Source: Anaeromyxobacteraceae bacterium (GTDB lineage Bacteria > Myxococcota > Myxococcia > Myxococcales > Anaeromyxobacteraceae). From it: a stretch of DNA of 64,000 nucleotides. This document shows, in pieces, positions 59,401-64,000 of this stretch; the first letter of the stretch is position 1; each line of letters starts with the position of its first letter. The stretch is from contig JAULAX010000007.1 of NCBI GenBank assembly GCA_032654565.1, positions 96,001-160,000 of the forward strand. The letters are read 5' to 3'. Position numbers and translations under genes: made by a program. Under the pieces are notes generated by a model. It saw nothing but the letters and a program-made list of their open reading frames with translations, searched no databases and was not told where the DNA came from.

Positions 59401-60672
59401 TTACCCGCCGCCGACGTTGAAGCCGACGGTGGCGACGGGGTTGACCTGGGGATAGGCGAAGGCCGCGGTCCGCAGGTTGCGGATCAGCACGGTGTTCTCG
59501 AAGGCGGCGCGGCGGTAGGAGGGGAGGCCGATGATCAGGCCGCGGTTGCCGGCGGCGGGGAGCTGCCGCTCCAGCGCCGAGGCGACGGCCAGGTCCTTCT
59601 CCGGCGCGCGGATGACCACGGCGACGCGGACCGCCAGCAGGTTGGCGGGGTGGCCGGTCAGGCGGGAGGGGGCGTCTGGGAGGTCGGTGTAGGCGGGGGC
59701 GGTGACGTTGACCGCCAGCGGGAAGGCCTCGGCGTCGGCGAGCACCCCCGGCGTCGCCCCCACCAGCCGGTTGGCCTGGCCGGCGGCCGGGGGCGGGAAG
59801 TAGTAGGAGACCTGCAGGTCCTCGACGTCGGAGGCCACCGGGACGTCGATGGCGGCGCCGTTCTGGTCGGTGAGCCCCTGGTCGAGCATCAGGTAGGGCC
59901 GGGCCTCCGGCGTCTGGGCCGCCACCACCGCGCCGGCGGCGCTGTACCACTCGACGTGGAACCGGTACCGGTCCACCTGCGTGAGCACCGGCGCCTCGCC
60001 GGCGGCGGCCAGCGCGAAGCAGGTGTCGGTGGAGACCCCGTTCTCGAAGGGGAAGACCCGGGCCGCGCCCACCACGGCGCCGGCCTCGAGCTGCACCTGG
60101 ACCAGCTCGGCGGGATCGGGCGGGGCGGCGGTGGGGAGGACCGTCCGGCTCACCTTGACGTAGCCGCGGGCCTGGCTGCCGCCCAGGCAGGCGACCTGCA
60201 GGACCTGCCCCTTGTAGATGGGCCGGGTCAGCCCGCCGCGGAAGGTCAGCGAGGCGCCGGCGAAGGCGGTGATGGTGCGGCTGAAGAGCGGGTTGCGGCT
60301 GTAGAAGACCACCTCGTCCGGGCCGTCATTCCGGTCGCGGCAGGTCACCGCCGCGCCGCAGCGGTAGGTGCTGGTGGCGTCGAAGAGCACCGCGTTGGTG
60401 GGGGCGCCGGTGCGCGGCACCGGGAGCGCCTGGGGGCCGAAGTCGAAGACCAGGTTGGGGTCGATGCCGTAGCCGGCCATGCGCAGCCGGGTGACGATCT
60501 CGCGCAGCGCCGCGTGGCCCGACTCCTGCTGGGCCCGCTCGGTGGAGGTGACGCTGTAGGAGCGCTGCTGCTGGATGAGCAGCGTCATGGCGGCGGCGAT
60601 GACGATGGTGGAGACGCCGAGGCCGATGATCAGCTCCAGCAGGGTGAAGCCGCGGCGGGGGGCGCGGTTCAC
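59401..60672 (-). CDS. pilW: PilW-like minor pilin
   Basis: RG|FTLLELII, LRMAGYG and VEDLQVSY motifs. Confidence 0.85.
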   Translation of the reverse strand: MNRAPRRGFTLLELIIGLGVSTIVIAAAMTLLIQQQRSYSVTSTERAQQESGHAALREIVTRLRMAGYGIDPNLVFDFGPQALPVPRTGAPTNAVLFDATSTYRCGAAVTCRDRNDGPDEVVFYSRNPLFSRTITAFAGASLTFRGGLTRPIYKGQVLQVACLGGSQARGYVKVSRTVLPTAAPPDPAELVQVQLEAGAVVGAARVFPFENGVSTDTCFALAAAGEAPVLTQVDRYRFHVEWYSAAGAVVAAQTPEARPYLMLDQGLTDQNGAAIDVPVASDVEDLQVSYYFPPPAAGQANRLVGATPGVLADAEAFPLAVNVTAPAYTDLPDAPSRLTGHPANLLAVRVAVVIRAPEKDLAVASALERQLPAAGNRGLIIGLPSYRRAAFENTVLIRNLRTAAFAYPQVNPVATVGFNVGGG

Positions 60673-61202
60673 AGCATGTCCCCGGTGTTGACCTTGGTGA
60701 CCATGAAGACGGTCCGCCGCCAGCTGGCCCCGGCCTGCCAGCGGACGATCACCGCCACCCGCTTCGAGTCAGGGACGTTGTTGCCGTTGGCGTCGGGGCC
60801 GTCGGCGACGTTCCAGAAGCGCTCCATCTGGTTGGCGTCGAGCAGGTCCTTGGGCAGCCCGACCCAGGTGGCGCCCAGGTCAGCTTCGCCATAGTCGGCC
60901 AGGTTGGCGGCCACCGGGTCGACGCTGGAGGCCAGGGACATGGCCGCGGCCGAGTCGCCCAGGTCGGCGTCGTTGCTGGTGGTGCGGTTGGCGAGGCGCG
61001 GGTCGTCGTAGTCCCAGAGCTCGATCTGGTTGACCAGGTCCTGGGCGAACATCGAGGCCCGGGTGGTGCGGCGCGAGTCGCCCATGAAGAAGTTGCTCTG
61101 CCGCTGCAGCCCGACCAGCCCGGCGGCGCCGAGCATGAGGACCCCCATGGCGATCATGGCCTCGAGGAGGGTGCTGCCGCGCTGGTGTCGCCCGGTGCGC
61201 AT
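60669..61202 (-). CDS. pilV: PilV-like minor pilin
   Basis: RG|STLLEAMIAM prepilin motif; VIVRW near the C-terminus. Confidence 0.8.
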   Translation of the reverse strand: MRTGRHQRGSTLLEAMIAMGVLMLGAAGLVGLQRQSNFFMGDSRRTTRASMFAQDLVNQIELWDYDDPRLANRTTSNDADLGDSAAAMSLASSVDPVAANLADYGEADLGATWVGLPKDLLDANQMERFWNVADGPDANGNNVPDSKRVAVIVRWQAGASWRRTVFMVTKVNTGDML

Positions 61203-61221
61203 CGTCGTCTCCCTTGCGTCG

Positions 61222-61893
61222 CTACGGCTTCCACTTGAGGGTGGTCATGGCCCCGGTGCTGGCGGCCACGGTGATGGTCCGGATCTCCTGGCTGTCCGGC
61301 CTGGTCACCGAGAGGCTGCCCCCCTGGGCGAGCGCCAGCGGCGGGCCGTTGCGGTCCTGGAAGGTGACCGAGCCGTTGGGCTGGAAGATCACGGCGCCGC
61401 GGCCGCCGGCCCCGGTGCAGAACGGGCAGGCGACGTCGATGGCGATGCCGGCGAACGGGGCCGGCATCACCGCGCCGGTGCCCTGGCCATTGGCCGGGCC
61501 GATCACCAGCCCGTCGGCCAGGTCGATGGTCTCCAGCACCTCGCTGCGGGCGTCGGCGACCGGGGCGGCCGGATCCATGTTCTCCAGGTTGACGGCGGCG
61601 GCGCCGGAGAAGAGGGAGAAGTCCCCGTCGCGGTAGAGGATGAGCCGGCCGGTCCCCTGCGCGGTCACCTGGTTCGGGAAGACCAGCAGCGCCACCGGCG
61701 TGCCGGTGCCCTGGGCGGTCTGGCGTGCACCGACCATCAGGGCCCGCACCTCGAGTGCGAACTGGTCGACCTGCTGGCGCCCCTTCTGCCGGCCGAAGAG
61801 GAAGAGGGTCATGGCGGCGATGACGCCGATGATGGCCACCACCACCATCATCTCGATGAGCGTGAAGCCGCGCTGGGCCTTCGAAGAGTTCAC
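61222..61893 (-). CDS. fimU: FimU/FimT-like minor pilin
   Basis: GTG start with GGAGG RBS; RG|FTLIEMMVVVAIIG and IFQPNG motifs. Confidence 0.8.
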   Translation of the reverse strand: MNSSKAQRGFTLIEMMVVVAIIGVIAAMTLFLFGRQKGRQQVDQFALEVRALMVGARQTAQGTGTPVALLVFPNQVTAQGTGRLILYRDGDFSLFSGAAAVNLENMDPAAPVADARSEVLETIDLADGLVIGPANGQGTGAVMPAPFAGIAIDVACPFCTGAGGRGAVIFQPNGSVTFQDRNGPPLALAQGGSLSVTRPDSQEIRTITVAASTGAMTTLKWKP

Positions 61894-61991
61894 GGATGCC
61901 TCCACCCTCTTCAGGGATGCAAGGTCCGGACTGGCGGAGAGGCTGGAAAGCGCCAGTGATTTCGAGGGTGTCGGAGAGCTGCGCCCCTCGC

Positions 61992-64000
61992 CTACATGCA
62001 AGAAGTATCGGCCCTGGCCACTTTCTGCAGGCGGCGGCGAACCACCACGCCCCAGGCGAGCAGCGCGGCCAGCGCCGCCAGGGCCAGCGTGAGGCCAGCG
62101 GCCAGCCCCGGCGTGGCGTAGCGGAAGACCACCGTGTGCTGGCCGGCCGGCACCCAGACGCCGCGGGCCAGGTAGTTGGCGGGGAGGATCTCGGCGGGTC
62201 GGCCGTCGACGGTGGCGGTCCAGCCGGGGGCGTGCTGGTCGTTGAGGACCAGCAGCGCCGGGCCGTCGGCCTCGGTGGTCACCTCGATCCGTTCGCCTTC
62301 GTCGACGACGATCCGGGCCTGGCCGATGGGGGGGCGGTAGCTGTCCGGGACCGGCGCCTCCAGCACCGAGCGGCCGCTGGTGGCGGCGTCGGGCGAGGCG
62401 ACGAACTCAAGCGCTCCCGCCTCGTCCGCCGTGGTGAGCGATCCGGCCAGGTAGGCGCGGGGGCGGGCCGGGCGGCGGAGCAGGAAGGCGGGGAGTTCGG
62501 GGTCGACGGCGACCACGTCATAGGGCGGGGTCAGGCCGACGGTGGCGGCCTGGGAGAGCGAACCCGGCACGGTGACGAAGGCGAACCCCCAGAGGGCGCC
62601 CGGCTCGACCAGCTCGCGCATGGGGACCTTCTGCCGGAACGGGAGGAGCCGCCGCGGCAGCATGCCGGCGTAGGCCTCCAGGTTGCCGAAGCGGTCGGCC
62701 ACGTTCCAGGCCGGAGCGCCGGTCCGGGCGGCCCAGCGCCAGCCGCCCTCCACTTGGGTGAGCTCGGGCCAGCGCCTGTCGCTGAGCTGGAACGGGGTCA
62801 CCACCCGGGCCAGGCCCGGCTCGGCCCGCAGCCGGGACGGGATGGGGGAGGGCCCGGTGACCAGCCCGGGCGGGAGCAGGAAGTAGGCGCGCAGTCCCGC
62901 CGCCCCCAGGTCGAGCGCCACCACCAGCCCGATGGCGGCGGGCGCCAGCCGACGCAGGGCGCCGCGGCTCACCAGCCTGGCGACCGCCGCGAGCAGCAGG
63001 AGCCCCAGGGCCGCGGCGATCGCCCCGTCGGTGGCGTTCTCCACCAGCACCGTGGCCAGGCGCCGCCCGTCGGGGAGCTGGACCAGCCGGGCCGCCGCCT
63101 CGGGGAAGGCGGTCAAGGCGCCCCACCCGGCCAGGAGGAGCGCACCGGCGCCACCGCTCGCCAGCGCCAGGCGCCGACCGGCCGCCTTCTCCTCCAGCAG
63201 CCGCTCGGCGCCGGCCCCAGCCGCGACGGCCACCAGCAGCGCGCTCCAGACCGCCAGCTTCTCCCAGAAGCGGAAGCTTGAAAGCAATGGCAGGTGGCGG
63301 GCCAGCTGGCCGAAGCCGGCGTATGGGCCCATGGCGGCCCAGGTGAAGAGGGCCGCGCCGACGAGGAGGAGTCGGGCCAGGCGATTGCGGCTGGCGCCCA
63401 GGGCCGCCAGCCCCAGCGTGGCGGCGCCGAGGTAGATCGAGAGGACCCAGGGGATGGTCGAGTACTCGTTGCCGGCGTACCACCGATAGACCGGGGCGTA
63501 GACCGCGCCGGGCGGGGCCCGCACCAGGTGCGGGACCAGGAACTCGAGGAGCCGGAGCGGGTGGAGGTTCCAGCGCAGGTACTCCCCGGGCTCGAACGCC
63601 GCCGCCCGCGACGAGTGCGGGAGCCAGGCGGCCACCGGCAGGAGCACCGGGGCGGCGGCCGCCACCACCACCGCCAGCGCCGCCAGCGCCCGCCAGGCGC
63701 GCCGGCCCGGGGAGGGGCCGGGGAGCAGCAGCGCCTGGACCAGGACCAGGCCCACCGCCACCGCCCAGCCCATGGGATCGCCCGCCGCCGCGGTGACGAA
63801 GGAGGCGGCCAGCAGGGCCAGGAGCGGCCGGGGTCCCAGCGCCGTCGCAGCGGCGTGACCCGCCGCCAGCATCCAGGGAGCCCCGGCCAGCGCCGAGAGG
63901 TAGGTGAGGTTGTCGGTGCTGGAGACCACGAACCCGGAGAGCATGAAGGCCAGGCCGGCGACCGCCGCTCCGGTGGTCCCGTGGCCGAGCCGGAGCGCCC
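61992..64000 (-). CDS. YfhO-family membrane protein (GT-C-like), 5' end outside the window
   Basis: Polytopic membrane protein; C-terminal PGWTATVDG...ANYLARGVWVPAGQHTVVFRY; frame stays open to the window end. Confidence 0.85.
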   Translation of the reverse strand, partial: ALRLGHGTTGAAVAGLAFMLSGFVVSSTDNLTYLSALAGAPWMLAAGHAAATALGPRPLLALLAASFVTAAAGDPMGWAVAVGLVLVQALLLPGPSPGRRAWRALAALAVVVAAAAPVLLPVAAWLPHSSRAAAFEPGEYLRWNLHPLRLLEFLVPHLVRAPPGAVYAPVYRWYAGNEYSTIPWVLSIYLGAATLGLAALGASRNRLARLLLVGAALFTWAAMGPYAGFGQLARHLPLLSSFRFWEKLAVWSALLVAVAAGAGAERLLEEKAAGRRLALASGGAGALLLAGWGALTAFPEAAARLVQLPDGRRLATVLVENATDGAIAAALGLLLLAAVARLVSRGALRRLAPAAIGLVVALDLGAAGLRAYFLLPPGLVTGPSPIPSRLRAEPGLARVVTPFQLSDRRWPELTQVEGGWRWAARTGAPAWNVADRFGNLEAYAGMLPRRLLPFRQKVPMRELVEPGALWGFAFVTVPGSLSQAATVGLTPPYDVVAVDPELPAFLLRRPARPRAYLAGSLTTADEAGALEFVASPDAATSGRSVLEAPVPDSYRPPIGQARIVVDEGERIEVTTEADGPALLVLNDQHAPGWTATVDGRPAEILPANYLARGVWVPAGQHTVVFRYATPGLAAGLTLALAALAALLAWGVVVRRRLQKVARADTSCM

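Noticed and set aside
61900..61990. sigma54 promoter for the minor-pilin operon
   Set aside because: The candidate TGGCGCTTTCCAGC has GG-N9-GC spacing rather than N10.

Overview
Very GC-rich bacterial chromosomal DNA. The gene set (MYXO-CTERM-like sorting tail, pilBTCSR locus, DUF4388/TPR signalling proteins, Myxococcus-type LexA-like boxes) points to a myxobacterium, probably Anaeromyxobacter-like; this is inferred from gene content, not from a search. The window is mostly core or semi-core genes, about 50 CDS. They include fur, a LETM1-like protein, recA, a nucleotidyltransferase with a small coupled partner, a Ser/Thr kinase, a GT-C glycosyltransferase, a cupin and rmuC. Next come a GNAT-acyltransferase-ureohydrolase operon with a divergent metallophosphoesterase, a complete hutHCUIG operon with its operator, and a PP2C/DnaJ/response-regulator cluster. 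These are followed by tsaD, rsmA, dnk-panB-panC-smpB, a large S8 protease, pckG, an S1-domain protein, acnA, ribF-pilBTCSR, and a convergent fimU-pilVWX-pilY1 cluster downstream of a YfhO-like gene. I saw no rRNA, tRNA, CRISPR array, transposase or integrase. Best leads: (i) three copies of a covarying 11-10-11 palindromic element bracketing acnA and a small membrane gene; (ii) a possible aminolipid or polyamine-lipid remodelling module; (iii) a nucleotidyltransferase/small-protein TA-like pair; (iv) a recurring leaderless-promoter signature. All product calls come from visual motif recognition only.
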